Of a stretch of 32,000 bases of DNA, positions 7,794 through 15,903 are shown in pieces (positions within the stretch are counted from its first letter, which is position 1; every line of letters begins with the position of its first letter). The stretch spans positions 238,147 to 270,146 of the forward strand of contig JBBEBQ010000010.1 of NCBI GenBank assembly GCA_040882285.1. Direction: 5' to 3'. Under the pieces are notes generated by a model. That model worked only from the letters and a program-made list of their open reading frames with translations. It ran no database searches and was not told the origin of the DNA. The DNA comes from Gemmatimonadaceae bacterium (GTDB lineage: Bacteria; Gemmatimonadota; Gemmatimonadetes; Gemmatimonadales; Gemmatimonadaceae). The position numbers were made by a program, and so were the translations under genes.

Positions 7794-9545
7794 TCAGTAC
7801 CGCCAGCTGGCGAGGTCCGCCCCGGCAGGAGCCGTCGCTAACATCCGCTCTACCGCCCACGGCAGCACCATCTGCGGATAGCGCAGCCGCGAGTACGCGT
7901 TGGCCCGCGTGTGGTCGCCGTTCCAGCAGTGCTCGGCGCGGTTGCCATAGTCCACCACCGCGTCGGCGGGAGGATCCGCGGAGCGCAGAAAATCTTCCAC
8001 GAGATAGACCGCGTTGTTCAGGTAGTAGTTGTCCATGTCGCCCACGTAGATGCGCAGCTTCCCGCGCAGCTTGGGGCCGAGCGTCTGCCAGTCGCGCCGC
8101 AGGATGTGCGAAAGGTCGTAGTTCTCGCGCCAGAACTCTGCCACCGAGTGGTCGATCTCGCCGGTGAGCTTGTTCCAGATCGGCTTCGGATAGCCGTCGT
8201 CGCCGACCGGTGAATAGACCGATTCCCACACGTCCCACTGGTCGCCCGAGCGGCTGCGTGTGCCGAGTGCCAGCTCCCTGTGATTCGACTGCTCGAGCGT
8301 CGTCAGGAGATGGCCGAGATAATTGCGCTGACCGGGGCGCGGCACGCGCTTGAAGGGACCGTCGCGGTAGTAGGCGTTGGAGTCCGCGTAGATGTTGACG
8401 ACGGTGTACGCGCGAAAGTCGATCGGGTCCGGGCACGCGACCCACGCGCCGTTGTACTCGTCCGGATAGAACATCTGCACGGCCATCGCTTCCCAGCCGC
8501 CCGTCGAGCCGCCGAAGGTGAATCGCGCCCAGCCCTGGCCAATTCCGCGGAAGCGCCGCTCGATCTCGGGGATCAGCTCGTACTGAATTGCGTCACCGTA
8601 CGGTCCGTTGTTCACCGAGTTCACGGCATAGGAGTCGTCGTAGAACGGAGTGGCGTGCTGAATCTCGATCAGCAGCGCGCGCGGGAACCCGGGCCCGGTC
8701 CAGTCCCGGTAGAACCGCCAGGCATGCTCCTGTTGGATGCGGTTGTAACCCCGCAGGTTGAAGCGAGTGCTGAAGTCGGGAGCGAGCGTGCTGTCGGGCG
8801 GTGTCTCGCGCCATCCGCCCAGGCTGGCCGGAAAGTGGCCGTGAAAGACCATGAGCGGATAACGCGCGTTGGGATGCTCGTTGAATCCCCATGGCAGCAG
8901 CACCCACGCGGCGAGGTGCATGTCGCGTCCCCAGAACCGCGACAGCCGTTCGCTGCGAATCCGCACGTACTTCACGTAATCGGTTTCCTGTCTCGCGAAG
9001 TCCGCGACGGGCGGAATCTCGTTGTCCAGCGTCAGTCGCACGAGGTTGCTTGCTGCGGGATCGAGGGTGACGGCGCGGGGCGTGGAATACAGGTTGCCCG
9101 GCTTGCGACTCCATTGTTGTCCCTCGCCCATGTCGGGCGGGAGCTTCACCACGTGCCCGTCGCTGCGACGGAACGTCTCGTACCGGTTGATGAGCGCCTG
9201 CACGCGGTACGTGCCGCGCGGCATGCCGGCGAGCGAGCGAAGCGGATAGCCGAACGCGCTCGCATCCACTGTGCGCGTCTCTCCCGGCTTCCAGCCATCG
9301 ACGTCGACGCCGAAGACCTGCTGCGTGCCCGGCGCGTCGCTGATCTGGAAACGGGGCTCGCCCGCGGTGTCCGTCGAGATGAGCAGCAGAAGGCGGCCGT
9401 CCAGTGGCGCGCGACTTCGCTCGGCCGGGAAGGTGATCTCGAATCGCAGGCTCGACTGGCGGCCCGTGGTCTGGGCGCGGGTGGTACCGGTCACTCCTGC
9501 GAGCAGGAGCATGGACAGTGGTGCTATGCGAGCGAGGCCACGCAT
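7794..9545 (-). CDS. Secreted alpha/beta-hydrolase-like protein (putative-esterase-like), function unknown
   Basis: A signal peptide begins at the internal ATG 9545 (MRGLARIAPLSMLLLAGVTGTTRAQ), with GGAG upstream. There is a G-x-S-x-G-like nucleophile elbow (FGGSTGGWEAMAVQMFYPDEY). The family assignment is tentative. Confidence 0.5.
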   Translation of the reverse strand: MRGLARIAPLSMLLLAGVTGTTRAQTTGRQSSLRFEITFPAERSRAPLDGRLLLLISTDTAGEPRFQISDAPGTQQVFGVDVDGWKPGETRTVDASAFGYPLRSLAGMPRGTYRVQALINRYETFRRSDGHVVKLPPDMGEGQQWSRKPGNLYSTPRAVTLDPAASNLVRLTLDNEIPPVADFARQETDYVKYVRIRSERLSRFWGRDMHLAAWVLLPWGFNEHPNARYPLMVFHGHFPASLGGWRETPPDSTLAPDFSTRFNLRGYNRIQQEHAWRFYRDWTGPGFPRALLIEIQHATPFYDDSYAVNSVNNGPYGDAIQYELIPEIERRFRGIGQGWARFTFGGSTGGWEAMAVQMFYPDEYNGAWVACPDPIDFRAYTVVNIYADSNAYYRDGPFKRVPRPGQRNYLGHLLTTLEQSNHRELALGTRSRSGDQWDVWESVYSPVGDDGYPKPIWNKLTGEIDHSVAEFWRENYDLSHILRRDWQTLGPKLRGKLRIYVGDMDNYYLNNAVYLVEDFLRSADPPADAVVDYGNRAEHCWNGDHTRANAYSRLRYPQMVLPWAVERMLATAPAGADLASWRY

Positions 9546-9684
9546 GAGAGCTCCGCGAAGATGGGATTGTACCGACAATCCTGCGGGTGAGCGGCTACGG
9601 CTTCAAGATGTGGGCGGGCGAACCGATCACGAAGATCGTGTTACCGAACGGATCCGTCACGCCGAAGGTTGGCGGCGATCGCGT

Positions 9685-10002
9685 TCACGCCGCACGAGTC
9701 CGCCTTGCCTGATGGTTGGACAGCGAGCCAGCCTGATCGTTGACGGATGCTGCGGGAAAGGGCAAACAAGTCGTACGTCGCACGCGATGCAGCCCGTGCC
9801 AGTCGCACTCGTAGCACCAGCTCGAGCGGAACCACGGCATCGCCTTCAACGCACCGCGCGACTCCACACGCAGCGTCTCGGCGTCGCAGCACGGGCAGCG
9901 ATCACCGTCGGGAAGAATCCAAAGAAATACCACGGTCGCCGCGATCAGCCGGATGACGAACAGCCCGCCGAACAGTGCGATGAAGAGCGCGGCATCCGAC
10001 AT
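9685..10002 (-). CDS. Small membrane-anchored zinc-ribbon protein (hypothetical)
   Basis: 105 aa. An N-terminal TM segment (ALFIALFGGLFVIRLIAATVVFLWIL) is followed by CPCC...x25...CYEC. The start lies 3 nt after the stop of the upstream gene. Confidence 0.5.
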   Translation of the reverse strand: MSDAALFIALFGGLFVIRLIAATVVFLWILPDGDRCPCCDAETLRVESRGALKAMPWFRSSWCYECDWHGLHRVRRTTCLPFPAASVNDQAGSLSNHQARRTRAA

Positions 10003-10005
10003 CGC

Positions 10006-10548
10006 TCAGAGACGCGGCTCCACCGACGCCCAGGGCTCGACGTACGCGACGTGGTCTTTCTGTTGATCTATGACGACTTCGGTTCCCGCCGCTATCGGCT
10101 TGCCGTCGAGGCTCCGCGCCTCCACCGAATGATGATGCCCATTGAGCGCGTACTCGATTCTGCCGGGCTGCGTGGGAGTGATGTCCTGAACTACGACGGC
10201 AATGTGTCCCTGGATCAGCTCCTGCAGCTCGTGCGGATCCTCCAGCGGCGCGCGCAGCGCCCACTTGGCGAGTAGCAGCGTCATCCCGGCGTACGCGGCC
10301 CCGCCCGAGAGCGCGGCGATCAGCAGGCGCGCGGGGAATCCCATTCCGCTGTAGCGCGAGAGCAAATAGCCTACGGCCCCGAATGCGATCAGCGCCATCC
10401 CGAATACGGGAAGGTTGAGTCCCGCGAGCGGGCGCTTGATCTCGTCGTCCGTGCGCTTCTCGACTCCGCGCAACATCGCGAACACGGCGAGCACGAGGCC
10501 CGCGATGAAGGCCGCCGTAAAGAACCAGACAGCCGGCGTCACGGTCAT
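10006..10548 (-). CDS. NfeD-like membrane protein (multi-TM N-terminus plus C-terminal OB-fold-like soluble domain)
   Basis: 180 aa. It has 3-4 hydrophobic helices, then GHIAVVVQDITPTQPGRIEYALNGHHHSVEARSLDGKPIAAGTEVVIDQQKDHVAYVEP, which resembles the NfeD C-terminal domain. ATGA overlap with the upstream gene. Confidence 0.5.
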   Translation of the reverse strand: MTVTPAVWFFTAAFIAGLVLAVFAMLRGVEKRTDDEIKRPLAGLNLPVFGMALIAFGAVGYLLSRYSGMGFPARLLIAALSGGAAYAGMTLLLAKWALRAPLEDPHELQELIQGHIAVVVQDITPTQPGRIEYALNGHHHSVEARSLDGKPIAAGTEVVIDQQKDHVAYVEPWASVEPRL

Positions 10549-11387
10549 CTGCCCAGGTGCGTCCGGAACCAGGAGATGGTCTCCGGCCAGGCTGCCGTCG
10601 CCGCGGCGAGGTTCTTTCCTTCGCGCCCGTCCTGCTGCCGGAGGAAGCCGTGTCCGGCGCCCTCATAGAAGATCGGCCGATAGGTCTTGCCCAGCGCTTT
10701 CATGGCGGAGTCCGCTGGCGGAACCGTGGCATTGACGCGTGCGTCGTCGCTCCCGTACAGCCCGAGCACGGGCGCACGGACCGATGTCAGCCGCGCGGGT
10801 GCCGGGGATGTTCCATAATAGACGACCGACGCTCCCAGACCAGGCGAGCGAACCGCGTGCTCGAAGGACACCGCGCCGCCCCAGCAGAATCCCATGATTC
10901 CGTAGCGCGGCGCCGCCGCGGGCAGAGCCATCGCATGCCGCGCGACCGCTGAGATCTGGCGATGCACGTCGTTCATGTCGAGTGTCTGGATGGCCGCTCT
11001 CGCTGCCTGACCGTCGGGATTCTCCGGCGAGCCGGGGATGTTCTTCATGGTGAGCAGGTCGGGCGCGACTGCCAGAAAGCCGTCCGCCGCGAGCTGATCC
11101 GCCACGCTGCGGATCCACGGCGAGAGCCCGAAGATCTCGTGCACCACGATCACGACCGGCGCCTTGGTCCTCCGCTCCGGGTACACGACCCACGCGCGCA
11201 CGCTGTCGCCCGGGCCGGTGGAGACGGTGACCCATTCGGCATGCCTCGGAGACGTGGTCAGCCGCGTCGAGGCGTCCGTCGCGCCAGGCGCGTGTTCGAA
11301 GGGCTCGTCCGCCGCGGGCGTCGATGCCCTCATGCATGCTGTGAGAGCAAGCAACGGCAGAGCGAGCTTTGTGATCACTGGTCTCAT
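10545..11387 (-). CDS. Dienelactone hydrolase family protein (secreted/lipoprotein)
   Basis: Start placed at the internal ATG 11387 (MRPVITKLALPLLALTAC, a lipobox). DLH-type motifs are present: VVIVVHEIFGL, GIMGFCWGG (nucleophile elbow with Cys), and GAGHGF near the C-terminus. The remaining 336 aa of the 616-aa track ORF are out-of-frame read-through of the upstream gene. Confidence 0.8.
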   Translation of the reverse strand: MRPVITKLALPLLALTACMRASTPAADEPFEHAPGATDASTRLTTSPRHAEWVTVSTGPGDSVRAWVVYPERRTKAPVVIVVHEIFGLSPWIRSVADQLAADGFLAVAPDLLTMKNIPGSPENPDGQAARAAIQTLDMNDVHRQISAVARHAMALPAAAPRYGIMGFCWGGAVSFEHAVRSPGLGASVVYYGTSPAPARLTSVRAPVLGLYGSDDARVNATVPPADSAMKALGKTYRPIFYEGAGHGFLRQQDGREGKNLAAATAAWPETISWFRTHLGR

Positions 11388-12391
11388 GCGATTCTCTCCT
11401 GTATTTGCGGACGCAGGTGTGATGCAAGAAAGTCGCACACGCGCCGCTCCGCGAAGTATTTCAATCGCCGGCCATCGCCGGCTATGAACCCGGCGTGGCC
11501 GCCGCGCGCGGGAAAATCGAGCGTCAACCAGCTGTTTCGGGCCGCGATCTCCCGGACCCGGTCGAACACCTCGGATGGAAGGAAGGGATCGTCCGTCGCG
11601 CTCAGCAGCAGCGTGGGCCGCCTGATCCCGTGTAGCCAGCCGATCGAGCTGGACCTCCGGTAATAATCGTCGGCGTCCGCGAAGCCGTGAAGGGGCGCGG
11701 TGATGACGTTGTCGAAGTCGTACATCGTTCTGAGCCGCGGCAGCGCGTCTGCCGGCGCGATGTCTGGAAACTGCTCCAGCTTGGCCGCGGCTTTTCGGCG
11801 CAGCGAGCGCATGAAGTGCCACTGATACAATCTCGCGAATCCCCGCTGGATCTGGATGGAGGAGCGCGCGAGGTCGAACGGAACCGATACGGCGGCGGCC
11901 GCCTTGAGCTGCGGGGGCACGGCCTCTCCGCGCTCGCCGAGGTATTTCAGCAGCACGTTTCCGCCGAGGGAGACGCCGGCCGCGACTATCGTGCGGCCGG
12001 GCTCGGCGGCGACGAGCCGGTCGATGACCAGCGCGATGTCGGTCGTCTCGCCGGAGTGGTAGAACCGGCGCGCGCGGTTCATCTCGCCTCCGCACGAGCG
12101 GAAGATCAACAGATCGGCCCCCCATCCGCGGCGAGCCGCCTCGTGCAGCAGCGCTTGCGCGTAGTGCGACCGGATCGTCCCCTCGAGGCCGTGCAGGATC
12201 ACCAGCCGCGGCGAGCCGGGCTCGCCGGCGATGCGGTGCAGCTCGATGAAATCGCCGTCCGGCGTGTCCCACCGTTCCAGCCGCGTCGGCGCCGGCGGCA
12301 GCTTCCGCGCGAGCTTGCCCCAGAGCGTCTGCACGTGGCGGTTGCGAAGAAGCCAGGCGGGGGAAAAGTCCATAACGATATAATGGCTCAT
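11384..12391 (-). CDS. YheT-like alpha/beta-fold hydrolase
   Basis: 335 aa. Motifs: LVILHGLEG, GVSLGGN (G-x-S-x-G), DDPF, GGHAGF. The layout matches the YheT/ABHD1-3-like family. ATGA overlap with the downstream DLH gene. Confidence 0.8.
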   Translation of the reverse strand: MSHYIVMDFSPAWLLRNRHVQTLWGKLARKLPPAPTRLERWDTPDGDFIELHRIAGEPGSPRLVILHGLEGTIRSHYAQALLHEAARRGWGADLLIFRSCGGEMNRARRFYHSGETTDIALVIDRLVAAEPGRTIVAAGVSLGGNVLLKYLGERGEAVPPQLKAAAAVSVPFDLARSSIQIQRGFARLYQWHFMRSLRRKAAAKLEQFPDIAPADALPRLRTMYDFDNVITAPLHGFADADDYYRRSSSIGWLHGIRRPTLLLSATDDPFLPSEVFDRVREIAARNSWLTLDFPARGGHAGFIAGDGRRLKYFAERRVCDFLASHLRPQIQERIA

Positions 12392-12452
12392 TCACGGACG
12401 CCGTTGTATCGGAACGTCAAATACCTTTACGATCCAATAGCCAATAGCGCCC

Positions 12453-14060
12453 TTGAAATTCAAAGTCCTCCTCACCGACGGCATAGATCCCGAGGGCGTC
12501 GCGTTGCTCGCCGCCGACCCGCAACTCGAGGTCGACGAGGTGTCGACGCTGCCCGCCGCCGAGCTGATCCAGCGCATCGGCGAATACGACGCGCTCGTGG
12601 GACGGAGCGCGACGCGCGTGACGCCGGAGCTGCTGCGCGCGGCGAAGAAGATTCGCGTGATCGGACGCGCCGGTGTGGGGGTGGACAACATCGCGATGGA
12701 CACCGCGACCGAGCTCGGGATCGCGATCATCAACGCGCCGGCCGGCAACACGGTCGCCGTCGCAGAGCTGGTCTTCGGCTCGCTGCTCAGTCTGCTGCGC
12801 GGTCTCCCGATGGCCGACCGCACGATGCACGCGGGCGAATGGCGCCGCTCCGAGCTGCTTGGCGGCGAGCTCAAGGGGAGAACGCTCGGCATCGTCGGGC
12901 TCGGACGCATCGGATCTGAAGTCGCACGCCGCGCGGCCGCGTTCGAGATGGCGGTCGTCGCGTACGATCCGTACGTGCCCGAAACGCGATTCCAGGGACT
13001 GCGCGTAGAGCGCGCCGACTCGCTTGACTCGCTGCTCGCGCTGAGCGACGTCGTCACCATTCACACACCGCTCACGGACGAGACGCGGGGAATGGTCGGC
13101 AAGCGCGAGCTCGGCAAGCTCAAGGCGGGTGCGATCGTTGTGAACCTCGCACGCGGCGGGATCGTCGAGGAAGACGCGCTCGCGGCGGCGCTGAAAAGCG
13201 GCAGACTCGCGGGCGCGGCGCTGGACGTGTTCTCCAGGGAGCCGCTGCCGGCCGACGACCCGCTGCGCTCGGCGCCGAATCTCTTTTTGACACCGCACAT
13301 CGGCGCGTCCACGATTGAAGCGCAGCGCAACGTCGCGCGTGACGTGTGCGCCGCGGTGCGCGAGACTCTGCTGGGCGGCGAGCTGTCGCGCTCGATCAAC
13401 ATCGCGTCCGTCGAGGGCGTGCGCTGGGACGAGCTCAAGCCCGCGCTCCGGCTGAGCGAGCGCGCCGCCGCGGTGGGCCGCGCGATCCTCGCCACGCAGG
13501 GAAATCGCGCGGTGCAGCGCGTGTCCGTCCGCGCGGGCTCCGCGCACGTGGGGGCGAGCGAAGCGCTCCTGGCCGCCGCCGCGGTCGGCGTGCTGGAAGG
13601 CATCGTCGAGGGCGACCGGCTGAACGTGATCAACGCGCGCACGCTAGCCGCGCAGCGCGGCATCGAGCTGTCGTCGCTGGAATCCGCGTCCGGGTCGGCG
13701 GACGATGAGGTCGAGATCCGCATCTCGGCGGGGATGCAGGAGATCGCGGTGGCCGGCACGGCATCGCCGACGGCGCCCGTCCGGCTTACGCGGATCGGGG
13801 CGTTCCATGTGGACGTGCAGCCGCGCGGCACGCTGCTGATTCTCACCAACGAAGACGTCCCGGGCGTGATCGGGCGCGTGGGAACCGTGCTCGGCGAGGC
13901 GCGCATCAACATCGCCGAGTACCACCAGGCGCGGCTTGCCCAGGGCGGCGACGCGCTCGCCGCGGTGTCGGTGGATGGAGCCGTCGGCGAGGAGGTTCGG
14001 GCGCAGCTGCTCGGAATTCCGGGCGTGCGCACGGCGACCGTTGTGACCTTTGCGCGGTAG
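12453..14060 (+). CDS. serA: D-3-phosphoglycerate dehydrogenase, long form with C-terminal ASB/ACT domains
   Basis: 535 aa with a TTG start. NAD-binding motif GIVGLGRIGSEVARR, catalytic region (NLARGGIV...TPHIGAST), and an ACT-like C-terminus (LLILTNEDVPGVIGRVGTVLGEARINIA). Confidence 0.92.
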   Translation: MKFKVLLTDGIDPEGVALLAADPQLEVDEVSTLPAAELIQRIGEYDALVGRSATRVTPELLRAAKKIRVIGRAGVGVDNIAMDTATELGIAIINAPAGNTVAVAELVFGSLLSLLRGLPMADRTMHAGEWRRSELLGGELKGRTLGIVGLGRIGSEVARRAAAFEMAVVAYDPYVPETRFQGLRVERADSLDSLLALSDVVTIHTPLTDETRGMVGKRELGKLKAGAIVVNLARGGIVEEDALAAALKSGRLAGAALDVFSREPLPADDPLRSAPNLFLTPHIGASTIEAQRNVARDVCAAVRETLLGGELSRSINIASVEGVRWDELKPALRLSERAAAVGRAILATQGNRAVQRVSVRAGSAHVGASEALLAAAAVGVLEGIVEGDRLNVINARTLAAQRGIELSSLESASGSADDEVEIRISAGMQEIAVAGTASPTAPVRLTRIGAFHVDVQPRGTLLILTNEDVPGVIGRVGTVLGEARINIAEYHQARLAQGGDALAAVSVDGAVGEEVRAQLLGIPGVRTATVVTFAR

Positions 14061-14087
14061 CCAGTAACATTACTGGCTCGATACTGG
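14061..14087. repeat. 7-2-7 palindrome CCAGTAA-CA-TTACTGG plus a third half-site ATACTGG in the serA-serB spacer
   Basis: Read directly. It starts at the base after the serA stop, and the half-site core CCAGT(A/T)AC also occurs at the end of the heptamer array (CACCAGTTACC). Function unknown (operator or short hairpin). Confidence 0.4.
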
Positions 14088-14094
14088 CGGCCTA

Positions 14095-14754
14095 GTGCCC
14101 AGATTTTCTTCCATCATTCTCGACGTCGATTCCACCCTCTCCGGAATTGAAGGGATCGACTGGCTCGCGGCGCGGCGCGGGCCGGAGGTTGGGCGGAAGG
14201 TGGCGCGTCTGACCGCGGAGGCAATGGCCGGCGAGCGCTCGATCGAGGAGGTGTACGGCGCGCGGCTCGAAGTGGTGAAGCCGGCAGCGGCCGAGCTCGT
14301 GGAGCTGGCGGAAGCCTACTGGAAGAACGTCGCGCCGGGAGCAGCCGGCGCGATCGAGCGACTGGGCTCGGCCGGTGTGCGGCTCGACGTGGTGACGAGC
14401 GGCCTTCGCGACGCCGTCGCTCCCTTCGCCGCGCGACTGGGGCTGCCCGCGGAGCGCGTGCACGCCGTGGCGTGCGGCTTCGACGCGCGCGGAGACTTCT
14501 CTTCGTTCGATGCGACCGAGCCGCTCGTACTCCAGGGTGGAAAGCGAACGGTCGCGGAAGGGCTGCAGCTCGCGCCGCCGGTACTCGCGGTGGGTGATGG
14601 GATGACGGACGCGGAGATCCGCCCCATTGCCGACGCGTTCGCGGCGTTCACCGGATTCGTGCGGCGCGAGCCGGTCGTCGCGATCGCGGATTTCACCGTC
14701 GGCTCCTTCGCCGCGCTGGAGCGGCTGGTGCTCGGCACCGAGGGTTCAGAGTGA
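14095..14754 (+). CDS. serB: HAD-superfamily phosphatase, phosphoserine phosphatase-like
   Basis: 219 aa with a GTG start. HAD motif I is DVDST (IILDVDSTLSGIEGIDWLA), with later VTSG and GDGMTD motifs. It is located between serA and an aminotransferase. The serB symbol rests on motifs plus context. Confidence 0.7.
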   Translation: MPRFSSIILDVDSTLSGIEGIDWLAARRGPEVGRKVARLTAEAMAGERSIEEVYGARLEVVKPAAAELVELAEAYWKNVAPGAAGAIERLGSAGVRLDVVTSGLRDAVAPFAARLGLPAERVHAVACGFDARGDFSSFDATEPLVLQGGKRTVAEGLQLAPPVLAVGDGMTDAEIRPIADAFAAFTGFVRREPVVAIADFTVGSFAALERLVLGTEGSE

Positions 14755-15842
14755 CCTATTCGTTCGGAAGGTTTTTCGTGCCGGGGCCCACCGACGTGCG
14801 CCCCGACGTATTGGCCGCCATGACGCAGCCGATGATCGCGCACCGCGGGCCGGAGTTCGAGGCGCTGTTCGCGCGGATCCAGACGGGGCTGCGGGCGGTC
14901 TTCCGCACGCAGCGTCCCGTATATGTGAGCACTTCCTCCGCGACTGGCTTGATGGAGGCAGCCATCCGGTGCGCGCCCGCCGGAAGAATCCTCGCGCTCG
15001 TGAATGGTGGTTTCTCGGAGCGATTCGCGAAGATCGCGGACATGTGCGGCCGCGAGTGCGACCGGTACGAGGTGCCGGCGGGAAGCGCGCACGACGTCGC
15101 GGAAGTAGAAAGAAGGCTGAGTTCTGCGCGGTACGCGGCGGTGACGGTTGTGCACTCGGAGACTTCCACCGGCGTGCTCAACGACGCGCGCGCGATCAGC
15201 GACGCCGCGCACGAGCACGGCGCGCTCTGCCTGATCGACAGCGTGTCCGGCCTGGGGGGCGCTCCGCTCGAGTTCGACGAATGGCAGTGCGACTACGTGC
15301 TCACCGGTTCCCAGAAGGCGTTGGCGCTTCCTCCCGGACTCGCTTTCGCGGCCGCGTCGCTGGATTTCGTCGAGGGCGCGCGGCGCGTCGCCGGGCGCGG
15401 CGTGTACTTCGACATCGGCGAGTTCGACGAGCTCGCGGCGAAGAACCAGACGCCGAACACGCCGGCGGTCTCGCTCCTCTTCGCGGCGGACGCGCAGCTG
15501 CGGTCGATCGTTGCGGAGGGGATGGAAGCGCGCTGGGCGCGGCATGCCGCGATGCAGCAGGAAGTCGTGGATTGGGCGGGGCGCCTCGAGGATCGCGGGA
15601 TCGCCATCGTCGCGAAGCCGGGCGAGCGATCGCCGACGGTGTCGGCCATCAGGCTGCCCGAGGGCTTCACGCCGCAGTGGTTCATCACCGAAGTGCGCGC
15701 CGGCGGCTACACGGTGGGCGCGGGGTACGGCGCGCTGAAGGAGACGACCTTCCGAATTGGGCACATGGGCGATCACACCGTCGCGACGGTGCGCGGGTGT
15801 CTGGCAGCGTGCGAGAGCGTGCTCCGGGGGAAGCGGGGTTGA
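14751..15842 (+). CDS. Class V (AGXT/SGAT-type) PLP aminotransferase; candidate phosphoserine aminotransferase by context
   Basis: 363 aa with a GTG start overlapping the serB stop (GTGA). N-terminal FVPGPT, TSTG, and the PLP-lysine motif GSQKALALPPGL. Confidence 0.85.
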   Translation: MTYSFGRFFVPGPTDVRPDVLAAMTQPMIAHRGPEFEALFARIQTGLRAVFRTQRPVYVSTSSATGLMEAAIRCAPAGRILALVNGGFSERFAKIADMCGRECDRYEVPAGSAHDVAEVERRLSSARYAAVTVVHSETSTGVLNDARAISDAAHEHGALCLIDSVSGLGGAPLEFDEWQCDYVLTGSQKALALPPGLAFAAASLDFVEGARRVAGRGVYFDIGEFDELAAKNQTPNTPAVSLLFAADAQLRSIVAEGMEARWARHAAMQQEVVDWAGRLEDRGIAIVAKPGERSPTVSAIRLPEGFTPQWFITEVRAGGYTVGAGYGALKETTFRIGHMGDHTVATVRGCLAACESVLRGKRG

Positions 15843-15849
15843 TCCGGAG

Positions 15850-15879
15850 TTGACTTTATAACGCCAAGTACTTTATCGT
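15850..15879 (+). promoter_or_regulatory. Possible sigma70-like promoter (TTGACT - 18 nt - TATCGT)
   Basis: An AT-richer 61-nt spacer lies before the CreD-like gene. The hexamers were read by eye, and the promoter consensus of this organism is unknown. Confidence 0.25.
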
Positions 15880-15903
15880 CCTTGGTAACCTCACCGGATT
15901 ACC

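Noticed and set aside
9564-9581. Hairpin GGATTGT-ACCG-ACAATCC near the 5' end of the secreted hydrolase-like gene
   Set aside because: It is a 7-bp AT-containing stem without a U-tract. Its meaning depends on which start codon is real (5' UTR versus coding), so no function can be supported.
10545-12395. 616-aa track ORF read as a single large protein
   Set aside because: Only the C-terminal 280 aa (from ATG 11387, with signal peptide and lipobox) look like a protein (DLH). The N-terminal part is an out-of-frame reading of the YheT-like gene, which has its own well-formed ORF at 11384-12391.
12434-12447. Tandem CCAATAG CCAATAG in the divergent yheT-like/serA spacer
   Set aside because: There are only two 7-nt copies, which could be chance. 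No associated promoter hexamers could be placed convincingly.
12417-15776. Several long antisense ORFs (12417-13547, 13061-14032, 14316-15776) opposite serA, the serB-like gene and the aminotransferase
   Set aside because: Their translations are Arg/Ala/Ser-rich junk. The plus-strand genes have strong family motifs and coupled junctions.
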